Source: a virus
Reading direction: 5' to 3' (one strand)
DNA: 64,000 nt
Virus record (IMG/VR): IMGVR_UViG_3300008259_002809
Span: 1 to 64,000 of that record
This document shows, piece after piece, positions 9,917 through 19,193 of this stretch. The notes under the pieces are model-generated. The model had not been told where the DNA came from. It saw only the letters and a list, made by a program, of their open reading frames with translations, and did not search any database. Every line of letters starts with the position of its first letter. Position 1 is the first letter of the stretch. A program made the translations under genes and the position numbers.

Positions 9917-10903
9917 ATGAGCACCAATATTGTTCCGCCGGCCCAAACTGTCTGGGCAGAATACAATCCCAACACCATGCGTTTTACAGGTCAGTGGCAA
10001 TTGCTGTCACCGGGCCGCAGTCCTGCAGATCCCACAACCTGGACACAGTTGGACATGATGGATGCTGTGCCTTTGTTGAACGGCACCCGTGATTGGCGTA
10101 GAATGGCCCGAGTGGCCAATCGTGTAATTGACATAGACCCTGCGGTTGACCTGCGTTTTCTCAGTCATATCAGTCCAAAGGCATGGCCAGAGCTACGTCT
10201 AGTAGATGCCAAGTGGTCACGAGTTCCTTATGTGCCTTTGGCCATACCAAAAATTGAGCCCGACGATTGGAATTTATTTTGGGACTTGTGGAAGGCCAAA
10301 AACGCTGACATCACTCGTGGACTCAACGAAACACAATACTGGAAAGGACTGTGTTGTTGGTTAAATCCTGAAATTGATCATACCAAGTTTAACTACAGCA
10401 ACACAGTGGTTGATGATTGGTCAGCACATTTTCCTCGAATGTTTGAAGCCTTGCGTGATTGCTTGCCTTGGTATAGCATGGAAAAGGTTGTGCTGTGGTC
10501 TAACATCAACGAAGTAAATCCGCACATTGATCCTGATGCTGTGATTTATCCTTGGCCTGACAGTCTGCGTGTTATGATTTGGGATACCAATGACGGTCCT
10601 ACATTTTGGATGAGCAAATGGCCCGAACGTGGCGAAGCATTCAATCCACCCATTATCAATGTTCGCACCAAAGGCAGTTACGGTATCAAGGCTGACAGAA
10701 TCCCCCAAGACCAGCGCACTTATGTAAAACTGCCTGCAGATACCAATACCTTTGTGTTCAACAATGGTGCATTTTTACATGGTGCTGATTTGGCCAAACC
10801 TAAAATTATCATGGCCATCAAAGGCCGCCCCAAGGTTTTTGAATGGCTTCAAGCATTAGAAGCCAGTTACACAAAATATCAAAACGAAATTCCGTTGCTA
10901 TGA
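9917..10903 (+). CDS. Putative Fe(II)/2OG-type oxygenase
   Basis: PHID...FVFNNGAFLHGAD facial-triad pattern. Confidence 0.6.
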   Translation: MSTNIVPPAQTVWAEYNPNTMRFTGQWQLLSPGRSPADPTTWTQLDMMDAVPLLNGTRDWRRMARVANRVIDIDPAVDLRFLSHISPKAWPELRLVDAKWSRVPYVPLAIPKIEPDDWNLFWDLWKAKNADITRGLNETQYWKGLCCWLNPEIDHTKFNYSNTVVDDWSAHFPRMFEALRDCLPWYSMEKVVLWSNINEVNPHIDPDAVIYPWPDSLRVMIWDTNDGPTFWMSKWPERGEAFNPPIINVRTKGSYGIKADRIPQDQRTYVKLPADTNTFVFNNGAFLHGADLAKPKIIMAIKGRPKVFEWLQALEASYTKYQNEIPLL

Positions 10904-11832
10904 CCATTTATGTAAATTTAAATCTTGCACCAGAGTTTAGGCCAGTGTCAGGCACACTGGACAACAAAGCCAGTTTTTTAAATTCCTCATTGATGCCCAG
11001 AGAGTCACGTGCCAGTTTGCTGAAGTTTGGTATGCCACAAGTGGATTTTGCTAGGCTTGTGTCAGACACCTTGGAGGCCTGCACAGTCTACGGCCTACAC
11101 CAATACAGGATTGGTCGTGACAGCGATGGACAGCCCAAAAATGACACTGGTTATTTGGGCATGGGCTTGACCTATAATCCCAGGCATGTAGACGGCACTG
11201 ATGTAGATCCTCATCAGCAAGTGCAGGGCAACCATAACCCCGGCGCCAAAGGCTATCAGGGCGCCAATCCTTTCAGCAGAATCAATGGTGAGGAAGCACG
11301 AACCTACAGCAAAAAGAACACACACTATGACACCTACAGTATGTGCTACCGCACTCCTGGCAGTCGTCATGGATATCTAGGCGAATTTGTTGACAGTTTC
11401 AAAAGGACCATGGTGCGTAGCAGTATCAGAACCATTGATGCCAGCAGTCGCCAAGGGCAAACTCGCGTCAACGGAGAGCAGTTGGCTGGAGTAAGTTGGC
11501 ACACTGACGAGTCAATGTTTGAAAATCTACGCATCAATATTCCTGTGGTCACTGATCCAATTTTTGTGTTAGAGCAACAAGGACAACAACCTGTGCATTT
11601 GGAAGCCGGCTATGCCTACACCTGGGATACAGGACTACTGCATCGCGCCTATACCACCGAAGTCACTGACACGCCTGTGCTTCGCACCCACATCATGCTG
11701 GGTTTCAGTTGCTGGTGGGATTTTGATGAAGCCACTGACACCTGGCGCCAGAATGAATTTTTTGGTCGTAAACACCCACAAGACATGCTCATTGACGGCG
11801 ACGTAATCCCAGGGCTGGTTCTAGCCCAATAA
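10900..11832 (+). CDS. Fe(II)/2OG oxygenase, Asp/Asn beta-hydroxylase-like
   Basis: WHTD..RINIPV...YTWDTGLLHRA...RTHIMLG; ATG overlaps upstream stop. Confidence 0.75.
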   Translation: MTIYVNLNLAPEFRPVSGTLDNKASFLNSSLMPRESRASLLKFGMPQVDFARLVSDTLEACTVYGLHQYRIGRDSDGQPKNDTGYLGMGLTYNPRHVDGTDVDPHQQVQGNHNPGAKGYQGANPFSRINGEEARTYSKKNTHYDTYSMCYRTPGSRHGYLGEFVDSFKRTMVRSSIRTIDASSRQGQTRVNGEQLAGVSWHTDESMFENLRINIPVVTDPIFVLEQQGQQPVHLEAGYAYTWDTGLLHRAYTTEVTDTPVLRTHIMLGFSCWWDFDEATDTWRQNEFFGRKHPQDMLIDGDVIPGLVLAQ

Positions 11833-11937
11833 AACCCTAGTTTACCAAAGCGCCAATTGCTGGTGTTTTAAATTTTCAGGCCCGGCGCTAAGTAGCCAAG
11901 CACAATGCTAGATTGTGCCAATCGAGGGCCTGTAAAA

Positions 11938-12390
11938 ATGAGCCGTAGATCCCCGGGTCGACGTCAATCTGCTAAACGCTTGCCATTGTCAGTATTGGTG
12001 CGTAAGGCTGAGCAGTTTGACAAAACCAATCAATTTGTTGCTAACCATGAACATGCTCGCATAGTATGGGAAGCACTGAATCACGCTGTGTTTAACGGCG
12101 TGTTAGAATTTCCAGAAAAAATCATAATTCAAGATCGTAAAAAATGGGATTTTTGGGGCGAATGCGAAGGCTGGCAACGAGGACATCGTTACGGTCCACA
12201 TTATACCAAAGCAATTAGACTGCAAAAAACATATCTAGATCCAAAAAGATTCATCGACGTTATGGCACACGAAATGGTTCATCAATATGAATGGGAAAGA
12301 CAAGGCGTAATGACACATGGCAAAACGTTTTGGGCTTGGAAAGAAAAATTAGCCGAAAAAGGAATTCCACTGACCAGTAGTTTTGCATAA
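11938..12390 (+). CDS. SprT-like zinc metalloprotease
   Basis: LNHAVFNG, AHEMVHQY, HGKTF.W motifs; start 11905 or 11938. Confidence 0.8.
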   Translation: MSRRSPGRRQSAKRLPLSVLVRKAEQFDKTNQFVANHEHARIVWEALNHAVFNGVLEFPEKIIIQDRKKWDFWGECEGWQRGHRYGPHYTKAIRLQKTYLDPKRFIDVMAHEMVHQYEWERQGVMTHGKTFWAWKEKLAEKGIPLTSSFA

Positions 12391-12398
12391 ATTATTGC

Positions 12399-13145
12399 AT
12401 GTCAGTGTTCAACTCTACAAATAATACAATACAAGGTCAAGGTCCCAGTGGTAGCCGACAAGGAATTAACACTAGGGCCTTGACCCCTGAATATGTGGCC
12501 GCCGAGGCCGCACTGAGTCAACTGGGCAATTTTGAGCCCTTGGATATACAGTTAGACACCTGGGGCATTGAAAGTGTCATACAAGAAAAATATTCCGCAG
12601 ACTGGGTAGATTATTTGCCCAGGAGTGATCGTCCCAACAACAGAAAAGCCATGAGTCTTACCACAGTTCCTGGCTGGGATCATCGTGCTCCGCCTTCTAT
12701 TCCTGAAGCCATGAAGTTTCTAGGACGCGAAGTTCGCGAGCATGAGTTTTGTGTGCCTACACCTTTGTATCTGGATTGCGATCGTGCCAGTCCACAATTG
12801 GTCAGTCTCCGAAGTTTTCTAGACAATTTCAATCCATTGGGCAGGACATTTATTGTCAATTCTGGCATTGGCGGCTATTTTGTCCCACACAGAGATCATC
12901 CTGGCATGCCGCGTCCGTGTTTTAGGTTAGTGGCATTTTTAAAAAATGTTGGACCCATGCAGTATGACTGGTGGCAAGACGACAGAAAAATGCACATTGA
13001 ACCCGGTCGTGTCTATTATGTCAATACTCGCATGACTCACAGAACAATTAGTTGGGCGCAAGACAGTTGGCATTTGATTTTAAATGTGCCCTTTACTGTG
13101 CCTAATGTAAATTGGGTATTGGAAAATCTACAGCATAGGCATTAA
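12399..13145 (+). CDS. Fe(II)/2OG-type oxygenase
   Basis: PHRD..FRLV...GRVYYVNTRMTHRT. Confidence 0.7.
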   Translation: MSVFNSTNNTIQGQGPSGSRQGINTRALTPEYVAAEAALSQLGNFEPLDIQLDTWGIESVIQEKYSADWVDYLPRSDRPNNRKAMSLTTVPGWDHRAPPSIPEAMKFLGREVREHEFCVPTPLYLDCDRASPQLVSLRSFLDNFNPLGRTFIVNSGIGGYFVPHRDHPGMPRPCFRLVAFLKNVGPMQYDWWQDDRKMHIEPGRVYYVNTRMTHRTISWAQDSWHLILNVPFTVPNVNWVLENLQHRH

Positions 13146-13146
13146 A

Positions 13147-13794
13147 ATGATTATTCAAGCAGGCCCCACTGGCAATAAAAAAGAAATTCGCATTGAACTA
13201 CCTCAGCAACATCGTGAAATTGGTGTAATGCTGTCAGGCGGCGCAGACTCGGCAATATTGCTTTATTTGTTGGCCTTGGAAAACAAAGAGCATGGTTGGC
13301 AACACAATCTCAGGCCCATGTGTGTTCCTAGAACTGATGGTGCATGGCTTTATGTTAGAGCAATTGTAGAGTGGGTCAATGCTAGACTGGGCACACACAT
13401 TCCAGCACCTATACAAGTGGGTGACCCCACAGTTCATCACAGTAAGCAGACTCACACCGGAGAACGTGATGCTCGCAGACTGCACGGCATTGAACACATC
13501 TTCTACGGCAGTCAAGCACACCCACCTGTGCCCATGCCTGGGGAATATCCGCATAGACCTGCACAGATACATTTTACCAATGATGCTGGAGTCATAACCT
13601 GCACCTGCCCATTTGCTTTGGTAGACAAACGCCATACTATGGACTTGTTTGTTCAGTTTGATTGTTTTGGGCTATTGAGTATCACACACAGTTGCACAGA
13701 GCAAACACAAGGTCGTTGCGGTCAGTGTTATAACTGTGTTGAACGTGCCTGGGCACTTGCAGAACTGGGTGTTGCTGATTCTGGCTCAATGTAG
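13147..13794 (+). CDS. QueC-like ATP pyrophosphatase
   Basis: MLSGGADS PP-loop and C-terminal HSC...CGQCYNC.ER zinc motif. Confidence 0.75.
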   Translation: MIIQAGPTGNKKEIRIELPQQHREIGVMLSGGADSAILLYLLALENKEHGWQHNLRPMCVPRTDGAWLYVRAIVEWVNARLGTHIPAPIQVGDPTVHHSKQTHTGERDARRLHGIEHIFYGSQAHPPVPMPGEYPHRPAQIHFTNDAGVITCTCPFALVDKRHTMDLFVQFDCFGLLSITHSCTEQTQGRCGQCYNCVERAWALAELGVADSGSM

Positions 13795-14738
13795 CGTTTG
13801 TCTAAGGGAATGTCAGCGGCTGTTTTACACCACTGACGAGGACACGTTACTGGACTAGACAGCAGTTCAAACTCATCAATTCTTCCCAGACGTTGCACAC
13901 GACAGTTGCCAGCATAGGCATAACCATCAAAATTAACAGTGACACCAGCATGACCAGCACTACAACTCCAGCCGCGGAAACTGTGTTGTTTTGTATTGAC
14001 TAGATCAAACGGGTTGGTCAGCACTGAATCAGTGCCATCGCTGTAAATCAATCGTGAATTCAATGGCACGTTGCCAAATCGCCGCTGTGGTCGTTGTCCG
14101 TGTGCATGAATACCACGAATATATTCAATTTGATCAGGGTGATATTCCCATGGTTGCCCATCTGTGACACCACCAGAATGATCAGTGAGTATTTTGGCAT
14201 TGACCAAGGCCTGTAGTCTTGGTGTCAATTGCTGATACATTTCTTGCACACGATGCCAATTTCCTGGATCGCACATCATGTTGTAGGCCACTTCCACATT
14301 GTGGTCTAATAGAAATTCACCCAGTTCATTTACACGGTCAATTTTAGTCCACTCGGCATGCAAACTCATGGTGATTTTATCTGGCAAGTGTTGGAGTCCT
14401 GTCCACCATTCGTAGGCTCTGGAACCATTGGTTATGGTTTCAACAATGCCGTAGGGATGCAGGGTATTGACAATTTCCTCATACATGGGATGTAGTGTGG
14501 GTTCTCCACCTGAAATACAAACTTGTAGAAATCTGTCTTGACGATGGCGGTTGATCAAACGATCCAAGAAACGTCTAATCTCATCATCACTGGGGTATCC
14601 TGGTTTTCGTCCGGCCTTGAAGTTTCCTGAGTGTAAACTGTCCGGGCAGTAATTACAGCGAAAATTACAAAAGTCTGTCAGAGTCCAGTAAACATACAGC
14701 ACAGGATGACGACGTTCAATGGCAACAATTCTTTTCAT
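13728..14738 (-). CDS. Radical SAM protein with twitch/SPASM-like C-terminus
   Basis: CNFRCNYC, SGGEPTLHP, TNGSR, C-terminal CSAG...GNC...C...C. Confidence 0.88.
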   Translation of the reverse strand: MKRIVAIERRHPVLYVYWTLTDFCNFRCNYCPDSLHSGNFKAGRKPGYPSDDEIRRFLDRLINRHRQDRFLQVCISGGEPTLHPMYEEIVNTLHPYGIVETITNGSRAYEWWTGLQHLPDKITMSLHAEWTKIDRVNELGEFLLDHNVEVAYNMMCDPGNWHRVQEMYQQLTPRLQALVNAKILTDHSGGVTDGQPWEYHPDQIEYIRGIHAHGQRPQRRFGNVPLNSRLIYSDGTDSVLTNPFDLVNTKQHSFRGWSCSAGHAGVTVNFDGYAYAGNCRVQRLGRIDEFELLSSPVTCPRQWCKTAADIPLDKRYIEPESATPSSASAQARSTQL

Positions 14739-15410
14739 TTAAATCCTACTGGTAAAAATACTAAGCCCCAGTTTGCGTCGAATGCCATTTCTAGGAAATG
14801 CACTACTGACATGCAGACGATTTCTAGGAAATGTCATGGGCACACCTGGTGTCCAGGTAAAATGTCGGTCAACAGTTAGTCCATAAAAGTTTTTTATATT
14901 AAGGTGCGGGCAATGTTCCAACAAAACACCATCTAATGTGCTGGGCTCATCAAGGTTGCCTACTCCTTCGTTCCAATAATCTCTTACCACTACATTATAT
15001 TCATTGGGTTCAGTGTCTTCGCCATGCAGGAAAAATGCCGCAGGGCCTGACCAAGTTTGATTAAGCACCAGGAATCTATTGCGGTCTAAATGCACAGGTA
15101 TATCTTCGCGCAGTTCTTGCCGCAATGGAAATACAAATGTTTGCCAGACCTTTTCAGGTCCTTCCTTTCCTGTATCGGCATGCACACGATAGCCTGTTTC
15201 AGTTTCAAAGAAATTGCCCCCAGCCACACGCCAAGTTCCAATGCCCAATACCGAATCAATGATGGGTTCAACAATGTCAACAGCACCAGCAATGTCCAGG
15301 CCAAACCTGCGCCCAGGAAGAGTCTGCATTTCTTGATTGTTTTCAAATTCTGCGATCAACAGCATTAGTTGTTCATCAGACAGCGGAGGTAATACCTGTG
15401 GTGTTATCAT
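14739..15410 (-). CDS. Fe(II)/2OG-type oxygenase
   Basis: VHADT..FVFPL...WTPG..FPRNRLHVS...KLGLSIF. Confidence 0.65.
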   Translation of the reverse strand: MITPQVLPPLSDEQLMLLIAEFENNQEMQTLPGRRFGLDIAGAVDIVEPIIDSVLGIGTWRVAGGNFFETETGYRVHADTGKEGPEKVWQTFVFPLRQELREDIPVHLDRNRFLVLNQTWSGPAAFFLHGEDTEPNEYNVVVRDYWNEGVGNLDEPSTLDGVLLEHCPHLNIKNFYGLTVDRHFTWTPGVPMTFPRNRLHVSSAFPRNGIRRKLGLSIFTSRI

Positions 15411-16267
15411 GGACGTTGTTCCGGCGTTGGTATTGGGAATAGCCTGTCAATTTCGTTGAGAGTTTGTGTGCTCAATGACAATTGTGAGGCTTTCAAGTTG
15501 TCAATTTGATGTGCAATATCTTTGCTTCTAGGAATGGTAATTAAATTTGTTCTACGCAATTGCCAAGCCAAGGCCAACTGTGCTACGGTGCAACCTTCAC
15601 GTTCAGCCACAGCCGACAATTCTGCACCTTGTGTAAACAGTTTGCCTAGATCCAATGGCGAGTGTGCCATGATAGTCATGTTGTAATTTTTAGTAGCATA
15701 ATCCAACAGGTATCTATCAACCAAGCGGTCAACAATGGAGTAGCGTGTTTGTAGCACACGAGCACCTGCAGTATTATTGACAGCAACGCCGCGCTCGGCT
15801 TCTAGGTTTTTAAACCACTTGATGCCGTCGGGATTGAAATTGCTGACACCGTAGTGCAAAATTCGACCCTGGCTTTTTAGTTCTAAGAATGCATCTACTA
15901 CTCCTGGCAAATCTGTTTCAGGTTTGCGCCAGTGCAGTAGGTAAACATCAATGTAGTCAGTTTGTAGTCTGTCCAAACTGCGACGGCAAGCATCCAAGAC
16001 TGCTTGTTTTGATGTTGCATTGTCAGGCAAGACTTTGCTGACAATTTGAATGTCTTGTCTGGCACCATTCCAAATTTTCACAGCATCTCCCAACAATGCT
16101 TCGCATTGTCCTTGCCCATACATTTCTGCTGTGTCAAACAATCTATAACCCATGTTAAGAGCACTTAACACACGGCTGGTGTCAAAACTGCGTTTCTCGG
16201 GCAAGTTGCCAAATCCACTGAGGCCCAAACCTACACGACTGCGAAATGGAAAATAATTTTCTAACAT
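15407..16267 (-). CDS. Aldo/keto reductase
   Basis: GLG, FDTAEMYG, SKV, SLDRLQTDYIDVYLLHW, GVSNF, IPRS motifs. Confidence 0.92.
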   Translation of the reverse strand: MLENYFPFRSRVGLGLSGFGNLPEKRSFDTSRVLSALNMGYRLFDTAEMYGQGQCEALLGDAVKIWNGARQDIQIVSKVLPDNATSKQAVLDACRRSLDRLQTDYIDVYLLHWRKPETDLPGVVDAFLELKSQGRILHYGVSNFNPDGIKWFKNLEAERGVAVNNTAGARVLQTRYSIVDRLVDRYLLDYATKNYNMTIMAHSPLDLGKLFTQGAELSAVAEREGCTVAQLALAWQLRRTNLITIPRSKDIAHQIDNLKASQLSLSTQTLNEIDRLFPIPTPEQRP

Positions 16268-16329
16268 GCGATACTTAGTGGTTGACACAGCCAGCAAAAC
16301 GCTCTATGTATTAACGAGAGGAGAAAATC

Positions 16330-16782
16330 ATGAAGCGTATACTACTATCAACCTTGGCCGCCATGGCCTTGACTGCATCAGCCCAGGCACAAGACATGAT
16401 GCCTGAACCATTTGCTTGCTCGGGCATATTTGTCAACAGTTATTATGCGGCTGATGGTCAAACAGCAAAGAAAACTGTCAAGACCGCAGAAAAATTCAAC
16501 TTGGTTGTTGATCCTGTAGACAACACCATTACCATCCAAGACCCTGAGGCTCGGCTGACACAAAGATATTCTGGTGTCATTGCTTTGCCCAGTCACTATG
16601 TTCTGGATGGAAATTTTCCTGACAGCGATCGTGCCAGTCACAATGTGATTTTGTTTTTGGATCGTCACACAGGTTCATATCGTTTGTTCAGTTGGACCAA
16701 TCGTGCTAGGCCCGAGCCAATTCAGTTGTTTTCAACACAAGGTTCGGGCATTTGTCAACCTAATCGTTTGTGGAAACCCTGA
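16330..16782 (+). CDS. Secreted hypothetical protein
   Basis: Signal peptide (AQA site), GAGGAG SD, paired Cys. Confidence 0.7.
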   Translation: MKRILLSTLAAMALTASAQAQDMMPEPFACSGIFVNSYYAADGQTAKKTVKTAEKFNLVVDPVDNTITIQDPEARLTQRYSGVIALPSHYVLDGNFPDSDRASHNVILFLDRHTGSYRLFSWTNRARPEPIQLFSTQGSGICQPNRLWKP

Positions 16783-16851
16783 TTTGTAGCATAAAAACAA
16801 CAGGTTACAGGTTTGTTGTAAAAATACAACAATTTGTTGTAAAAATACAAC
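16783..16851. repeat. Tandem palindromic operator-like repeats
   Basis: TTTGTTGTAAAAATACAAC exact at 16812 and 16833 (21-bp period), degenerate copy at 16783; core GTTGTA-N4-TACAAC is an inverted repeat. Confidence 0.8.
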
Positions 16852-16862
16852 GGTATTTTTGG

Positions 16863-16891
16863 TTGACTCTTTGGCTAAACGGCGCTATAAT
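16863..16891 (+). promoter_or_regulatory. Strong sigma70-type early promoter
   Basis: TTGACT-17bp-TATAAT. Confidence 0.85.
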
Positions 16892-16914
16892 AGAAACAAG
16901 AAGAAAGAAAAGCA

Positions 16915-16999
16915 AGGCGATCCTCAAATGTAAGAACCCAGCAGAAATGCAAAAAGGGTTGTAACCAAGGGATCCGAAGCGAGTTTGGAGACTCGGCCT
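16915..16999 (+). ncRNA. Structured RNA leader (three-way junction)
   Basis: AGGC/GCCT, GATCC/GGATC, AACCC/GGGTT, GCA-GAAA-TGC and CGAGT/ACTCG pairings between promoter and SD. Confidence 0.6.
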
Positions 17000-17029
17000 A
17001 AGCGATACTGTAACGCAAAGGAGCCAAAA

Positions 17030-17281
17030 ATGAAAGCACTCAAAGCCTACGTTGAAAAGAAGAATGCATGGAACGCCATTTTCAAAGGCAAACCCTTGGT
17101 GATTGGTGTTGACAATCAGCGCATCGCTGACATGATCGACGGCGATCTGTCTCCAGAAAATCTCACCTGCGATGGCGAACTGCCACGTAGTCAGGTGCAA
17201 GCCCGGTATCGTGCTTTGACAGCCGCGGCCCAAGAACTGCAGAAGTTGGACCCTTCTGTGAAATTTTACGAATTTGCTTAA
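17030..17281 (+). CDS. Hypothetical early protein
   Basis: AAGGAG SD before ATG 17030; LSPENLTCDGEL motif. Confidence 0.75.
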   Translation: MKALKAYVEKKNAWNAIFKGKPLVIGVDNQRIADMIDGDLSPENLTCDGELPRSQVQARYRALTAAAQELQKLDPSVKFYEFA

Positions 17282-17293
17282 CAGGAGACCGTC

Positions 17294-17500
17294 ATGGGTT
17301 TTGAAAAAACAGTCTTAAATCAAGTCAATGAAGTTGAGCCCACAGTTCAGGCTCACTTTGCTTGCGGCACCCTGTTCCTGGAAAATGCCACGGATGAGGA
17401 AGTGCAAAACATTGTGGCGGCAATCAAAGGTGTGGTCAATTGTCGTCTTATTGTTAACAGTCGCCCGGGACAACTTGAGTCGTCGGTAGACTTTGCATGA
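17294..17500 (+). CDS. Hypothetical protein
   Basis: AGGAG SD, operon position. Confidence 0.65.
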   Translation: MGFEKTVLNQVNEVEPTVQAHFACGTLFLENATDEEVQNIVAAIKGVVNCRLIVNSRPGQLESSVDFA

Positions 17501-18255
17501 GGTATGACATGTCTTATGTTCGACCATTTAGGGCCTACAACCGCATGGTCACTGCCGACGGAGTTCGCAACCAAGAGCGCATGATCTCCATTGAGCAGGC
17601 CTGGGCATTGGTAGCCATGGCTGATCGCATCAATGACGGACGTTATGTCAAGTTCGTTGAGTATGCGCCACCTTCGGACTCCGAACCCACATCTGATGTC
17701 ATACTTTACAGGCCCAATCGCGACCTAATTCGTGACAACATTGATGTGGGCATGCCAGCAGTCACTGACGAAGACCGTGCTCGCGGCCAGGACATGGCCC
17801 AGCATTTTCAAGGTCTAGCGTTTGATGCATTGGGTGGCAATCAGCACGAATTTGATCAAAAGATTCTCAAGTTGATACAAAAACAAGAAGTAGGCGTGAG
17901 AACTGACATGGCACTGATGGCCTGCCTGGGCAGTCGTTATCGCCGAGAAGTAGGCCGCGAACGTGTGGCTGAGACTGTGGGCAAGATTGGCTATTCCAGT
18001 GTGTTTCAAGGTGTCATTGGTGAACGTATTCGTCGTAAGATCACTGTCCTGAGCAAGTTTGCTGGTCGCACTTTTCTTGGTTCTGTGATTCGTGCCACCG
18101 ACGGTGAAAACTTGTATTTTTGGACCAGCAGTAAAACAGTAGATCATTGGCCCAATGATGGTGAGTTTGAAGTCATAGGCGAAGTCAAAACTCACAGCAC
18201 AGATCAAAACGGACATCAGGAGACCCGCTTGACTCGAGTCAAGATCGCGACGTGA
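17497..18255 (+). CDS. Hypothetical protein with probable C-terminal OB fold
   Basis: C-terminal beta-rich segment G.VK.H....ETRLTRVK; start may be 17509. Confidence 0.6.
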   Translation: MRYDMSYVRPFRAYNRMVTADGVRNQERMISIEQAWALVAMADRINDGRYVKFVEYAPPSDSEPTSDVILYRPNRDLIRDNIDVGMPAVTDEDRARGQDMAQHFQGLAFDALGGNQHEFDQKILKLIQKQEVGVRTDMALMACLGSRYRREVGRERVAETVGKIGYSSVFQGVIGERIRRKITVLSKFAGRTFLGSVIRATDGENLYFWTSSKTVDHWPNDGEFEVIGEVKTHSTDQNGHQETRLTRVKIAT

Positions 18256-18277
18256 TATGAACTCCTGATTCTTTTAC

Positions 18278-18306
18278 AACGCTCGCTTCGGCGGGCGTTT
18301 TTTTTT
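18278..18306 (+). terminator. Intrinsic terminator
   Basis: AACGCTCGC-TTCG-GCGGGCGTT followed by T run. Confidence 0.9.
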
Positions 18307-18344
18307 GACCATACATGTTGATGTTTGTGTCAATAACTAATTGC

Positions 18345-18938
18345 ATGAACAACACCATAGCAATACTTGGAGACATGTTTGAATGGGCCGATGGTAACCC
18401 TGACAATGAAGATCGTGCTGGCTGGACTGTGTCGTTGGATCACAATGGCAAAATACAACAAGCCAAGAAAAATCAAAAAATCATTGGGGCTGTAGCAGGC
18501 AGTGATGATTCAGTGGGACTTGTGGTCAACACATGGATGAACGAATGGCATGCCAAACATCTACGCGACTGGTCCGGAAGACTACAACATGAACCACAGG
18601 AATTGATCACTTGGGTCCGAGATGGGCGCAGAGAAACGCACGAAGTTGATCGCTTGCCACCTGACCTAGAAATTCCCAAAGATGCAGAACGTTGGACACA
18701 TTGGCCAGAATCTGGCCAACGACTAGAAAGACCCTGCTTGAATCCCAGATTCAATGATGGCACACAAGGTCCTTTCCCTTACAAAGGGCGACTGCATCGT
18801 CAGGAATGGGCAGTGGTAGTGGTTTTGGGTCAATGTGTTGTGTTGGATGGAAACCAACTGGATCCTCATTGGATCAAGATAAAAAATACACCAGGTCCCA
18901 ATGCCAATCAAAGTGCAGGTATTTGGTTAATACGCTAA
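18345..18938 (+). CDS. Stand-alone Peptidase G2-like (tail-spike intramolecular chaperone) domain
   Basis: FEWADGNPDNEDR.G..V, W..KHLRD..GR, LNP.F, R.EWAVV..LG motifs. Confidence 0.7.
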   Translation: MNNTIAILGDMFEWADGNPDNEDRAGWTVSLDHNGKIQQAKKNQKIIGAVAGSDDSVGLVVNTWMNEWHAKHLRDWSGRLQHEPQELITWVRDGRRETHEVDRLPPDLEIPKDAERWTHWPESGQRLERPCLNPRFNDGTQGPFPYKGRLHRQEWAVVVVLGQCVVLDGNQLDPHWIKIKNTPGPNANQSAGIWLIR

Positions 18939-18950
18939 CAGGAGCAATCT

Positions 18951-19187
18951 ATGACAACAGAAGAGCAAGCAATGAAAATACTGCTGGGAACAATTGATCA
19001 AATTATGTTAGACAGTCGATGTTCTTATATAAGCCCAGCAAGCCCTCAATACAGTGAACTCCGAGAGCCTGGCAAAGAACTGTTGAGCACCACATTTAAT
19101 TTGATCTTTCCCATGCTGGTCAAAGCACATCTAGCCCGCAGAAAAGAAGATGCAGAGAATCTCATGATGGACAAGTTGGGTAAATAA
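18951..19187 (+). CDS. Hypothetical protein
   Basis: AGGAG SD, clean ORF. Confidence 0.6.
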   Translation: MTTEEQAMKILLGTIDQIMLDSRCSYISPASPQYSELREPGKELLSTTFNLIFPMLVKAHLARRKEDAENLMMDKLGK

Positions 19188-19193
19188 TCAACT

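Noticed and set aside
16783-16851. Possible mini CRISPR array
   Set aside because: Repeats are 19 bp separated by only 2-10 bp, with no spacers and no cas genes; an operator array fits better.
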